A stretch of 64,000 nucleotides of DNA from Stegostoma tigrinum (taxonomy: Eukaryota), in NCBI RefSeq assembly GCF_030684315.1, contig NC_081360.1, positions 73,087,780-73,151,779 on the forward strand. The letters are read 5' to 3'. Of this stretch, positions 50,327-64,000 are shown piece after piece (within the stretch, counting starts at the first letter, position 1; each line of letters begins with the position of its first letter). The translations under genes were made by a program, and so were the position numbers. The notes under the pieces are model-generated. The model had not been told where the DNA came from, did no database searches, and saw nothing but the letters and a program-made list of their open reading frames with translations.

Positions 50327-51844
50327 GATAATGGGAACTGCAGATGCTGGAGAATCCAAGATAACAAAGTGTGGAGCTGGATGAACACAGCAGGCCAAGC
50401 AGCATCTCAGGAGCACAAAAGCTGACGTTTTGGGCCTAGGCCCTTCATCAGAGAGGGGGACGGGGAGAGGGTTCTGGAATAAATAGGGAGAGAGGGGGAG
50501 GTGGGCCAAAGATGGAGAAAAGAAGATAGGTGGAGAGGAGAGTTCAGTCCAGGGAAGATGGACAGGTCAAGGAGGTGGGATGAGGTTAGTAGGTAGGAAA
50601 TGGAGGTGCGGCTTGGGGTGGGAGGAAGGGATGGGTGAGAGGAAGAACAGGTTAGGAAAGCAGAGACAGGCTGGGCTGGTTTTGGGATGCAGTGGGGGAA
50701 AGGGAAGATTTTGAAGCTGGTGAAGTCCACATTGATACCATTGGGCAGCAGGGTTCCCAAGCAGAATAGGAGTTGCTGTTCCTGTAACCTTCGGGTGGCA
50801 TCCGTGTGGCATTGCAGGAGGCCCATGATGGACATGTCATCTGAAGAATGGGAGGGGGAGTTAAAATGGTTTCCGACTGGGAGGTGCAGTTGTTTATTGC
50901 GAACCGAGCTGAGGTGTTCTGCAAAGCGGTCCCCAAGCCTCCGCTTGGTTTCCCCTATGCAGAGGAAGCCACACCGGGTTCAATGGATACAGTATACCAC
51001 ATTGGCGGATGTGCAGGTGAACCTCTGCTTAATATGGAAAGTCATCTTGGGGCCTGGGATGGGGGTGAGGGAGGAGGTGTGGGGGCAAGTGTAGCACCTC
51101 CTGCGGTTGCAGAGGAAGGAGCCGGGTGTGTGGGGTTGGAGGGCAGTGTGGAGTGAACAAGGGAGTCACGGAGAGAGCAGTCTCTCCGGAAGGCAGACAA
51201 GGGTGGGGAGGGAAAAATGTCTTGGGTGGTGGGGTCGGATTGTAGATGGCGGAAGTGTTGGAGGATGATGCTTTATATCCGGAGGTTGGTGGTGTGGTGT
51301 GTGAGAACGAGGGGGATCCTCTTTGGGCGGTTGTGGTGGGGGCGAGGTGAGAGGGATGTGTTGCGGGAAATGCAGGAGACGCGGTCAAGGGTGTTCTCGA
51401 CCACTGTGGGGGGTAAGTTGCGGTCCTTGAAGAACTTGGACATCTGGGATGTGCGGGAGTGGAATGCCTCATCGTGGGAGCAGATGCGGCGGAGGCGGAG
51501 GAATTGGGAATAGGGGATGGAATTTTTGCAGGAGGTTGGGTGGGAGGAGGTGTATTCTAGGTAGCTGTGGGAGTCGGTAGGCATGAAGTAGACATCAGTA
51601 ACTAGCTGGTTGCCTGAGATGGAGACTGAGAGGTCCAGGAAGATGAGGGATGTGTTGGAGATGTCCCAGGTGAACTTGAGGTTGGGGTGGAAGGTGTTGG
51701 TGAAGTGGATGAACTGTTCGAGCTCCTCTAGGGAGCAAGAGGCAGCGCCGATACAGTCATCAATGTAACGGAGGAAGAGGTGGGGTTTGGGGCCTGTGTA
51801 GGTGTGGAAGAGGGACTGTTCCACGTAACCTTCAAAGAGGCAGG
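50327..51844 (-). mobile_element. Penelope-like element, 5'-truncated (RT C-terminus plus GIY-YIG), family A
   Basis: FLRYIDDCIG, HPNLKFT, FLDL, SSHP..CKNSIPYSQFLRLRRICS, then GIY-YIG; 17-bp TSD CATTCCGTTAGCCTAGA at 50310-50326 and 51845-51861. Confidence 0.95.
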
Positions 51845-53144
51845 CATTCCGTTAGCCTAGATGGTTACCTGCTGCACCTGTATGCTAGAATTATTATGTT
51901 GTGCACAAGTATCCCCAAGTCCTTTTGTGTTGCAGCTTTTTCTCCATTCATAAGTTATACTATGTATGCTTGCAAGACCAGTGTTTTATGCGATCGTAAA
52001 CTTACGGTTTTGTGATATTCTCAGGCCACATTACACACTTTTGCAAACTATTCCTGGAACACTGGTATGTAATTTCACAAAGCAGATTTGTCCTTTTGCT
52101 TGAAGAACCTTTTCTTGATTAGTTAAGAGGGACTCTTAGTGCCTATAAGCTAATCTGAGGGGACTAAAACCAGTGGAGTGACTGGGTGAATCCTTGGTGA
52201 CAAACAAGAGAAGCTTCTGCTCTTTGTCCCAGTTATTGGTAATGTTCTTTCTCAGCTGCAGACTTCAGAGACCTGCACAACTGGGAAGAAAATTAGAGGG
52301 TACGACGGTTGGAGAAGTACACATCGCAACATACCATAGTCATCACGTTGATGACATGACAGTTCTTCAAAATCTTGAGATTCCAGATGGCAGGCAAAGG
52401 ACTTAAGTTGTGTCATACCTAGACTACTCATAACTTCCTGAAAATATTAGGCATAAAATTGATCACTTTGATCCCTTTATGCTCAGGTATGGGAACTTAC
52501 TAAGCTACCTTCAATTTCTCCCAGTGGTAAATATGATCAACCACTGTCCACTCTTTAATGGCATTTTCTCATGGAGGGTTCAATTTAGACCAATCTTTGA
52601 AAGTCAAATGATAGAGCTGCCAGTCTGGGGTGTCAATTCAAGCTCTGCAACAGGGCTGGTTTGGCTATCGACTACACAGCAGAGACAAGACCAGGGTACT
52701 TTTCAGTAATATCTATGATGTAAGCCATTATCTTTGCCACAATCAAACAACTTCAGAGGAGAAAGTCGGCCCTGTCCGAAGTTAAATTAATGACTATCTC
52801 CACCACTACCATTTTTAAATTAGGCCGCACTCCAGATAACAAGAGAGTGTAAATATCCTCCACTGATACACTAAAACCTTGGCATTTAATGCACTCTCCT
52901 TGACATACGCTGCAGTTTGCATAAGTTTAGAGTCAGCTTCTATAAATATAGAATGGGGAAAAATGTTTCAGCCTTCAGCTGATTCTTTTACAGTCACTCA
53001 GACAGATAACAGTTACTCTTTGGAGGTGCCAATGACATCTTAGATGTAAACCGGAGATTGTGGTTGGTGGGATGGTAGACAATGCAAATTTACCTGTATT
53101 AAACTACATTTTACAATGAAACAACTGAGTAACTTGCACGTTAC

Positions 53145-53300
53145 CTTCCTCTAGTTTTCGGAGATGAAGGACGATAAGATTGGAAATCTTGTGATATTCT
53201 ACAAAAGACAGCCTCATTGTGAGTTTTGGTACGTCTTCCTTGATACTGTCTTCAGAATGGCCGTTCACACCATTAATGCCATTTGGTATATCTGAAGTCC
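53145..53300 (-). CDS. MCM6: MCM6 exon 15
   Basis: 156 nt, phase 1->1; NGINGVNGH...RLSFVEYHKISNLIVLHLRKLEE. Confidence 0.93.
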
Positions 53301-54239
53301 CTGTCCAGAATAAACATTTATTAGTACACAGGGTACTAGATCCCTTTGTTCTAAGGAAGCACTGTAAGTATTCAGCAATAGTAAGATAAAACAAATCAAA
53401 ATGAAGTTACTAATAATTTACTGGCATGATCAGTAAATAATTAGCCTTTTAATTATTAAAATGAGTAAAAGGTCCATGCAGCAACTCATCAAATCTTAGC
53501 CAGAACATTTAAGGAAAACAACTTCAAAAGTGTGTGCCTATATGACTATCTCAAAACTGTTGAGTTCTTTTATACACATTCCATTCAAAACATCTAACCC
53601 AGGCCTTTTCCATTGGGAAGCAAAGAGAGAAAAAAAAAACTGATCTTTGGTACAAAGAATCCCGGCTTTGATAAAGCAATCTATTAATGTCTAAAATTGC
53701 TCTTACTGTAAATTCTCTACTTTGTCAAATTTGATATTCCGAAAGATGCCACACTAACTAAATACCTACAACTCGACGGCCAGACATTATCTTGAAGCAA
53801 AATAAATCCAATATTACCACAAATACTAAAATCCTAACTTGAGATTATCCATCACACAGACAATAGTTTTACATTTGTTGCCCCAAACTTCAGACTTAGC
53901 TCACAAATTCTAAAGCATACTTATTTTGAAAGCTCTTTGTCAGTGCGCAGAGCATTGGCAATGGGCACTTTAAATTTTGCTTCAACATCTACAAAGGGTC
54001 AAACTAAGGGTTAAGGTGACCACAAAACAAATCTTTGCAGGTTAGAATACCAACTTAGTCACACAAGATCAAAGATCGAAGTGAAACTGATATACAATTT
54101 GGAAAGAAAAATGGTCTAACAGGAGAGAATTCAAAATTTCATCCACCCCTCACCAAAAGAATGCAAGTCCTAAGGTCCTGCAGAACAATCAATCGTACAA
54201 AATTTATCTGTAAGAATTTTTAAAATTTATTAATGTTTT

Positions 54240-56930
54240 GTGGGCATCACTGGCTGGGCAAGTATTTATTGCTTGCCCTCAATGCCCATGAGAAAATGGT
54301 AGGGACCTGTCTCCTTTCAATGCGCCAGTCAGAATGCTGTAGGTAGACTCTCAGACCTGTTAGAGGGGGAACTGACACAACACTGAAGGACAACGATATA
54401 TTTCAAAGTCTGTGTGCTGAGTGGGTTTGCTGAGGGGTATTTGCAGGTGGAGGTGCTCTCATTTATCTGCTGCCCTAAACCTGACAAAAATGGAAGTGCT
54501 TCTGGGTTTGGAAGGTCAGTACTAAGGATGGAAGGTGAACTGCTGCAGTGCATCTTTTAGATGATACACACTATAGCTAATGATTGAGTGTCAGTGGTGG
54601 AAGGAGTGGATATTTGAATTTGGATTTGTTCTGGATAGTGTCAAGCTTCTTGAGTACTGTTAGAGCTGCAGCCAACCAGGCAAGTGGGGAGGATTCCATC
54701 ACACTCCAGATTTATGCCTTGTAGGTGGGTTTTGATGAATTAGGAGGTGTGTTGCTTACAATATTCCTAGTGTCTTTGCGCCACGTATGACTTCAGCCAG
54801 TGTAATTCCCTCCCACCCGATTCCCTTTAGCTCCAGTTTTGCTCGGGTTCCTTGATGTCCTAATCACTTAAATGCAACCTTGATGTGATGGGCAGTAACT
54901 CTCACCTCTGGAATTCAGCTCTTTTGTTAATGTTTGAATTAAGGCTGTAATAAAGTCAGGGGCTGCGAGGCTCAGATAAAACACAAACTGCATTTGAGAT
55001 TAGATTGTTGCGAGTATGTTACTTTACTTTTTAAGAAGGCTGAAAGAAGAAAACCAGGGAATTATTGACCAGTTATCCTAACACCTGTGGTGCAAAAATG
55101 CTGGGAAACTACAATGAAAGATGGGCTAACTGAACACCTCCAAGATTCAGTTAATCAGGCACAGCCAGCACAGATTCATGGCGGGGAGGGCATGCCTGAA
55201 AGACTCTAAATTTTTTTTTGCAGAGGTGACTAAGGCATTGGACAGGGAATGGTCTATGGATGTTGTTTATATAGAATACAAAAGACTGATGGCTAAGATA
55301 GAGGCAAATGGAATTAAGAGCAAATAAAAAAATTAATTATAGATAGATGAGCTATTTCCACTGTTTGGAGATTCTAGAATTAAGGGGCATAATCTGAAAA
55401 TTTGTGGTGGATCATTCAGGAGAGATGTGAGGAAGCACGTCTACACAAGTGTGGTAGATATGTGGAATTCTTCCACAAATAGCAGTTGATGCTAGATCAC
55501 CTGTTAGTTTTAAAATCCGAGATGGATAAATTTGTTAAGCAAGAGGTACAAAGAGATATGGGCTAAAGGCAGGTATATAGAGTTAGGCCACAGATCATCT
55601 ATGATCTCACTGTTTTGCCATTAAAGACTCGAGGGGCTGAATGGACTACCCCTATGCTCATAAGCATGTGCCATGTGGTAACATTGTTGATGAAATCATC
55701 CATATCTTCCATCGTTTTACTGATAGAGAGTAATCTGATAGGGCAGCAATTGGGCAGGTTGGATTTGTTCTGCTGGGTGCACACAGAGGTACCTAGGGAA
55801 TTTTCTACATTGTCAGGCAGATGCATGTGCTGTAGCTGTACTGGATCAGAAGTGTGTTAAGTTCTGGAGCACAAGTCATCAGTATTATTTCTGCAAAAAT
55901 TATGAACCTTGACAGCATTCTAATGTCCCATGCCTCCAATCACCTTTGTATCATAGACTGAACTGAATTAGCTAAAGACTGGCATCTATGATGCTGCGGG
56001 TTTCTGCAGGAGGCTGAGATGGATCATCCAGTTGGCACTTCTGGATGAAGACTGTTGCAAATGCTTCAGTCATATCCTTTACTCTAAATGCACTGCACTT
56101 CCCTATCATTGAGGATGGGGCTATTTGTACAGCTTCCTCCCATCATGAATTGCTTAATTATTACCACCATTCATGATGGGATGTGGCTGAACCGCAGAGC
56201 TTAGATCTGATCTACTGGTTGTGGAAATGCTTAGCTTTTTCAATTAGTATGCAAGACGCCCTGTTTGTAGCTTCAGTAGATTGACACTACATGGTGGATG
56301 AGTCCAACGCCGTTCCTGGCATGCCCGCTGCACTCTTCATTAAGCCTGGCTTGATGATAATAGAGTAGGGGCTATGGCAGGCCACAGTGCCTCCTAGATG
56401 GCTAGTCTTGAATTACTAGATTTGTTCAAAGTTTGTCCATTTAGCATGGTGATACTGTCAAACACAATTGTATTCTCAGTAAAGGTGGGACTTTGTCTCC
56501 ACAAGGGCTGCGTGGTGGTCACTCACTGATAAGATGTATCTGCAATAGCCAGACTTGAGGGGATCAGGCCAAGTACGTTTTCCCCTCATTTCAGTTCCCT
56601 CGACAGACCCAGTCTAACAACAATGTCTTTGGGACTTGACATGTTTGATTCATAGTGCTGCAGAAGAGCCACTCAGGGTGATGAAAACTGAAAACCCCTC
56701 CACCCAAGGTTAATTTTCTGCCATTCCCACCTTCAGTGCTTCCTCCAGGTTTTGGTCACTCAAGGGAGAACATTACATGATAATCAGCAGGAGGGTTTCA
56801 TATCCGTGCTTAACCTGGTGCCACAAGACCTCATGGGGTCTGGCATCAATGTAGAGGACTCCCAGGGCAACTCCCTTGGTCCCACGTACCACTGCGTGGC
56901 TGGTGCTTCTGGGCCTGTCCTGCCTGTGGG
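54240..56930 (-). mobile_element. Old LINE of a second family (minus), with a plus-strand CR1 fragment nested at about 55010-55660
   Basis: Minus-strand remnants (KSNLPNCCPIRLLS; HEVLWHQVKHG); its 3' end at 54242-54273 matches the tail of the SINE at 39663-39975. Confidence 0.65.
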
Positions 56931-57404
56931 ACAGCCATATGAAAGTCACAGCAGGTAAGGATGGAGTTTCCTTCCCTAAAAAAGATCCAAGTGAAGCTGT
57001 GGGTTTTTCCAACAATTGACATTGGTTTCAAGGTCAGCACTAGATTCTTAATTCCAGATTTTTGTTGAATTCAAATTGCACCATCTGCAATAGCAGGATT
57101 CAAACCCAGGTGACCAAAACAATACGTGGGTCTCTTGATTATTAACTGAGTGCTAGCACCACTTGTTCATTGTACACACGTGAGAGGATAAACTTTAAAA
57201 GGAAAAATATCAATACTGTATTTAACTTAGTTGAAAATTAGGGACATTTGAATAGGCCACTTGCTATGCCAACATAATAAAACGCAGAAGTCCAAAACAG
57301 ATTCTTAGAGACCAAGGTAGAGGATTGAATATCAACATGTACAGACATCTTAAACATCTGATTACAGATTATTCCTTTCTGGTGAAATTAAAAAGTCAGC
57401 TTAC

Positions 57405-57534
57405 CATTGTGGATTTCCTGCTCCATCTCCTCCCTCCCTTCATCATCTTGATCAAAATTTACATCTGGAGTTTCTACTCTAATGATTGATTTGTTCAGTA
57501 ACCGGAAAGCTTCCTTTACATGCTTAGGTTGTAC
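57405..57534 (-). CDS. MCM6: MCM6 exon 14
   Basis: 130 nt, phase 0->1; [29 protein letters not shown]. Confidence 0.95.
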
Positions 57535-58009
57535 CTATAAAGCACAAGTGAAAATTCAGGATATGTTCCTTTTTTGGTAGCACTTTGTTGAAAGTATATT
57601 TTAAGCAATCTTAAATCTCCTGAAACGTAATCAAAAGTAATAATTTAATAAAAACGTTCCATGCATTTTGATATAACACAGCAAACCATTACCATGAACA
57701 ATTTTACAGATCATCCAACTATAGCTGCAAATAACTGCCAGAAGAAGCAAGAAGAGATCTTCCCAGATCTCAGGTGGACTATTAAATAGTAAGCACAAGC
57801 AGCACAGTTTTCTCAAAATAAAAACCTAGCAGTTGAAAGGAAGTAGGCACATACATGACTTGAACATCAACTGTGTAGTTATCTATTATTATTTTGGCCT
57901 TAGGTCTGCTCAGTAAAAGTATCCGCGTAGCGCTAAAACATTTGAATAGGCGGTCGGTGTACTAAAAAACGTAGTCAGGTGATACGACTCATGATAGTTT
58001 GCGACAGTC

Positions 58010-59067
<1,058 letters not shown>

Positions 59068-59130
59068 CTAGAAAATTAAATCCTTGGGAAGTGATCACGA
59101 AATACAGTTTATACAATCCGCAGTCCATTA

Positions 59131-59286
<156 letters not shown>

Positions 59287-59331
59287 CTAGATCATAAAAA
59301 TTACATTACATTAATTTCCTTAAATTGTTTA

Positions 59332-59538
<207 letters not shown>

Positions 59539-59877
59539 CTAAAAATTGAAAAAAAAATTGTTTTAGATTTTAGCTTTTAATCCATTGAAGGAATATTTTC
59601 AAATATTGCAGTGTAACGCTGCAGAATGAAAGTGAAAATTAGAACAGGATAACAGACCTAGTGGGAGGGAAAAATAACTAAAATGAGATTGAATCTTAGT
59701 CATCATGTCTGATAAAATTTATCAAAGTGGCGAATACATTTTTAATCTGTTATCAAGGTAATGTGTGAATGTGGGCTACTAGCAGATACGAGCTAGAAGA
59801 AGGGAAAACAGTAGATATTGAAAGGAAGATCAGCAGTTATCCTCCATTTAGAACACAAGAAAAAGAATATTAAACAA

Positions 59878-60205
59878 GGCTGACTAGCAATGCTGCTGCT
59901 CAGCGCCAGAAACCTGTGTTCAATTCCACCCTTGGGCAAGTGGCTGTGTGGAGGTTGCACATTCTCCCCGTGTCTTGGTGGGTTTCCTGGGGTGCTCCAG
60001 TTTCATTCCAGTCCAAAGATGTGCAGGTTAGATTGCTTGGCAATGCTAAATTGCACATAGTGTCCAGAAATGTGTAAGCTAAGTGGATTAGCCATGAGAA
60101 ATGCACAGTTACAGGCACAGAGTTGTTGGGGGGGAATGCTTTACGGAGGGTCAGCTTTTTTTTCGATGGGCTGAATGGTCGTCTTCCACACTGTAGGGAT
60201 TCTAT
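59878..60205 (+). mobile_element. V-SINE (HE1-like), diverged
   Basis: Core TGTGTGGAGGTTGCACATTCTCCCCGTG and tail CCACACTGTAGGGATTCTATG. Confidence 0.85.
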
Positions 60206-60328
60206 GCTGTCAAAGAATGCTTAAGAAAAAATGATAAAAATCTTTACTTAATCTAAAATTTCACTCTGCCAATTAGCTTTTACTACGCACATAAGCAATC
60301 AACTATAAATTCATTCTCTTCAGATTCA

Positions 60329-60478
<150 letters not shown>

Positions 60479-60959
60479 CTATAAGAAAGGAGGAGTACTT
60501 AAAGACATCATGTATGTTTCCATGCTGAAAGAGTCCAATAATTTACAACTGTGAAGACAGTGGAATAAGAAGACAATTCCACAAGTCCAAAATTTAGGAT
60601 ACTCAAAGTCAGCTACACTCAACATTTCCTTTTGCAATGTTGTAACTGGCTTTATCAATAAGGCAACTCTTGGATGATCTCTGGTGGCTTATCCAAGTAT
60701 TGCAGCATAACACTGAAGAATGAATGCCAAAGGACTCCCAATTCAGAGATTATCACATGCACTATGACTAAAATGCTTATTAGCTTAGCAATCAAAAATC
60801 TATAGTCATAAACTTTTAGATTCTAACAATTTCAAACTGAATATACTTGGAAACAGGAGTGGGCACGTTAAGCCCTTCAACCTGCACTGCCCATTAAAAT
60901 GAAACCATAGCTTAAGTGCAACCCAACTCATAATATCCAGCTTTTCATCAATAATGGGA

Positions 60960-62190
60960 AAACTGAGAGGTCATAATATGGGAGGAGGTAAACAGACACA
61001 GAAAAATAAGTTAATTCTAGACAGTCAACAACTTTGTCAAGGGCAGGTTATGTCTGACATATGTGAATGGAGATCTTTAATGACATGACACAGGCACTGG
61101 ATGAAGGTAGTACTGTGGATGTTGAACATTTGCACTTACAGAAGCCATCTGTTTGAGTGCCACATGGCAGGTTGACAAACTAATTTAAAATATTCGGGAT
61201 TGATGGGTCCTTGAATGATGTGTTGGCTACAAGATAGGAAAAAGGGGGTTTGTAAATGGACATTTCTCAATTGGAGACAGACTGCAAGTGATGTTCCTCA
61301 GGGATTGGTATTAGAAGGCTTGCCTTTTCCGATTTATATAAAAAATGTTGAAGATGGATGATGAGGACAAAATCTCCAAATATGCAGATGATACTAAGCT
61401 AGAGAAAATAGTGAATTGTGAGGATGATGTTGAGTAATATCAGAGGGACACTGACAATTTGGCCAAATAGAGAGATGCCTGGTAGATGAAATGAGGTCAT
61501 GTATATTGGTAGAAGAAACAGAGATGATACAGACTCTTTGGCACAACTTCAAGGGGAGTACAGGAGCAGAGGGGCTTTGGGGTGCACATGCATAATGCTC
61601 CACAAGGTGGCCAGGCTAGTTGAAACGCTTAAGGTGGCTTATAGGATTATAAATATTGGCAATAAAGCAAGGAAGTGATGCTACACCTCTACACATCTAG
61701 AGAACAGTGTTAAGTTCCAGGCACCATATTTAAAGGAAAAATGTTAAAGCCCTGGCGAGCTAGTACAACAGAGATTTACTAGAATGATACTAGGAATAAG
61801 GGATTTTAGACCCAAGGAAAGATTAGGGAAATTCTCTTTGGAGCAGTGAAAACTAAGAGGTGACTTTACTGAGGTGTTCAAAATTATGAACAATTTTAGC
61901 TTAGCAAAGAACTATATTCTGTTCCCACTAGTTGGTAGGTCAGTAACTACAGTCACAATTTCAAGATTGTCAGCAAGACATGGAGAAATGTCTACTCAGC
62001 TGTTAGGTTTTGGAATGTGCTGCCTGGGATAGTGGGGGGAAGAGCCTTTCAAAAGAGGGCTGGGAATTTAGAGGGCTATGGAAATAGAGCTGAAGAGTGG
62101 GACTAGCTAGACAGCTTTTTCAGGAACTGGTGCACACAGTATGGGTTGAGTGGCTTCTCTCTGTACCGTAAAATTCTACGATTCTATCTT
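60960..62190 (+). mobile_element. Decayed CR1-like LINE in MCM6 intron 9
   Basis: GTTCCTCAGGGA (VPQG), TATGCAGATGATACTAAGCTA (YADDTKL), tail ATTCTACGATTCTAT. Confidence 0.85.
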
Positions 62191-62456
62191 TGTCCAATAT
62201 CCCTCCATAAAAATCTTTCACACCCAATAAGAACCGAATTGGTACAGTACCAATTAATATTTGAGGAATGATTTCCAAATCTTACTCATTCTTCGTGTAG
62301 ACATGTTCCTAACTTCACTTCTCATAAATCTGTTTTTTTTTGACAATGAGCAGTACTGAATTCCCTAGTCAGCTGAAATAGTTTTTCCTTGGTATACTGA
62401 AAGCTCCAATCAAAATCAATTCTTAACTGTCAAAATGTCAGGATAACAAAACCCTA

Positions 62457-62636
<180 letters not shown>

Positions 62637-63239
62637 TTAGAGAGAAAAAACAAGCATCTTTAATTTATAAGTATTAAACTAAACAAAACTATAAGGCCTT
62701 TGCATACTGCACACACAAACATGTTCTTTTGCTTTACATGGTCATGCTCTGCTTAGCTCAGAGGCTAGACAGTTAATGCGCTTCGAGGACTAGGTTTATT
62801 CCACTGGAGAATTAAGTCAATATAACCCATGGTGAATTCTGTTATCCCTACCCACGGCAAAGATTTCAGCTCCAAGATACGCATTTAATTAATAATATTG
62901 GATAAAGAATCGAATCAATGCCACACTATCCAACAGTGCAGCACTAAGCATTCATACCCGTGGCATTTTTGATTAAATGTTACTAAAAACCTCATTGATT
63001 GCTGCTCTCTCCATTCCCCTTCCCCATTTATAAGGTTATTAAAACAATTATTTAATCATAGCAGCAGGAATATGTAAAGCATGAATTCTTATCACATAAT
63101 TATATTTCTATAAGTAATAAAACATATAATTATAACAGCACTATTGAAATATTAGTTGGGCCACAAGTGGTTTAAAAATACTGATTTTCAAACAGTACTT
63201 GTGATGTCGAAGATTGATATCTTGGCTTGAAAGGACTTA

Positions 63240-63461
<222 letters not shown>

Positions 63462-63703
63462 TTAAAAAAAAACCTCAAATGAATCATTGTAAAATTACAC
63501 AGTAACGATATTTAAAGATGCTCATTAAATGCCAATAAATATTATTGTGTTTTTATGGCAATAATTAATTTTGGCCATTTTTGAAATCATTAACTTAGTA
63601 TCATCATTTGGGATGAAAGAAATTTCAAAACCAGCTAATTAGGAAATGTTCATATCAATTGAAAACATTTTAAGAAAAAAGCAAATACATTCGCGAAATG
63701 TCA

Positions 63704-63862
<159 letters not shown>

Positions 63863-64000
63863 CTATATTTATTAAAAACAGAAAGTAAACAGTTTTAATG
63901 AAAGATCGAGCTAGACTACATCTCTAAAGTTGTACAGATAAACTCAGTGCTACTTGACAGCAAATTATAAATAGTTTCAGAATCTAAATACTGAAACAGA

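Overview
This is eukaryotic, AT-rich, repeat-dense DNA, most likely from a cartilaginous fish (inferred from HE1/V-SINE-type SINEs paired with HER1/CR1-type LINEs). Two spliced genes lie on the minus strand in the human order. One is the 3' part of MCM6 (exons matching human 8-17, 45060-63382). The other is the promoter and first nine exons of lactase-phlorizin hydrolase LCT (28478 down to 1665, continuing beyond the window). All exons were rebuilt by hand from GT-AG boundaries and phases. The rest is mostly mobile DNA: a CR1-like LINE with an intact 973-codon ORF2, decayed LINEs, tRNA-derived SINEs, a Gmr1-type Gypsy relic and Penelope-like elements. Four observations stand out. (1) More than 20 minimal hammerhead-ribozyme-like cores from five sequence families sit in short, often self-inverted insertions with 9-17 bp target-site duplications. 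(2) LCT domain III has lost its catalytic nucleophile (YITENG>YITGNG) plus other active-site residues. (3) A canonical -1 slippery heptamer T_TTA_AAC lies at the CR1 ORF1/ORF2 junction, and ORF2 has no AUG before its endonuclease domain. (4) LCT has one intron fewer and probably one intron more than human LCT. Repeat boundaries are by eye and approximate. Human comparisons are from memory and need alignment.
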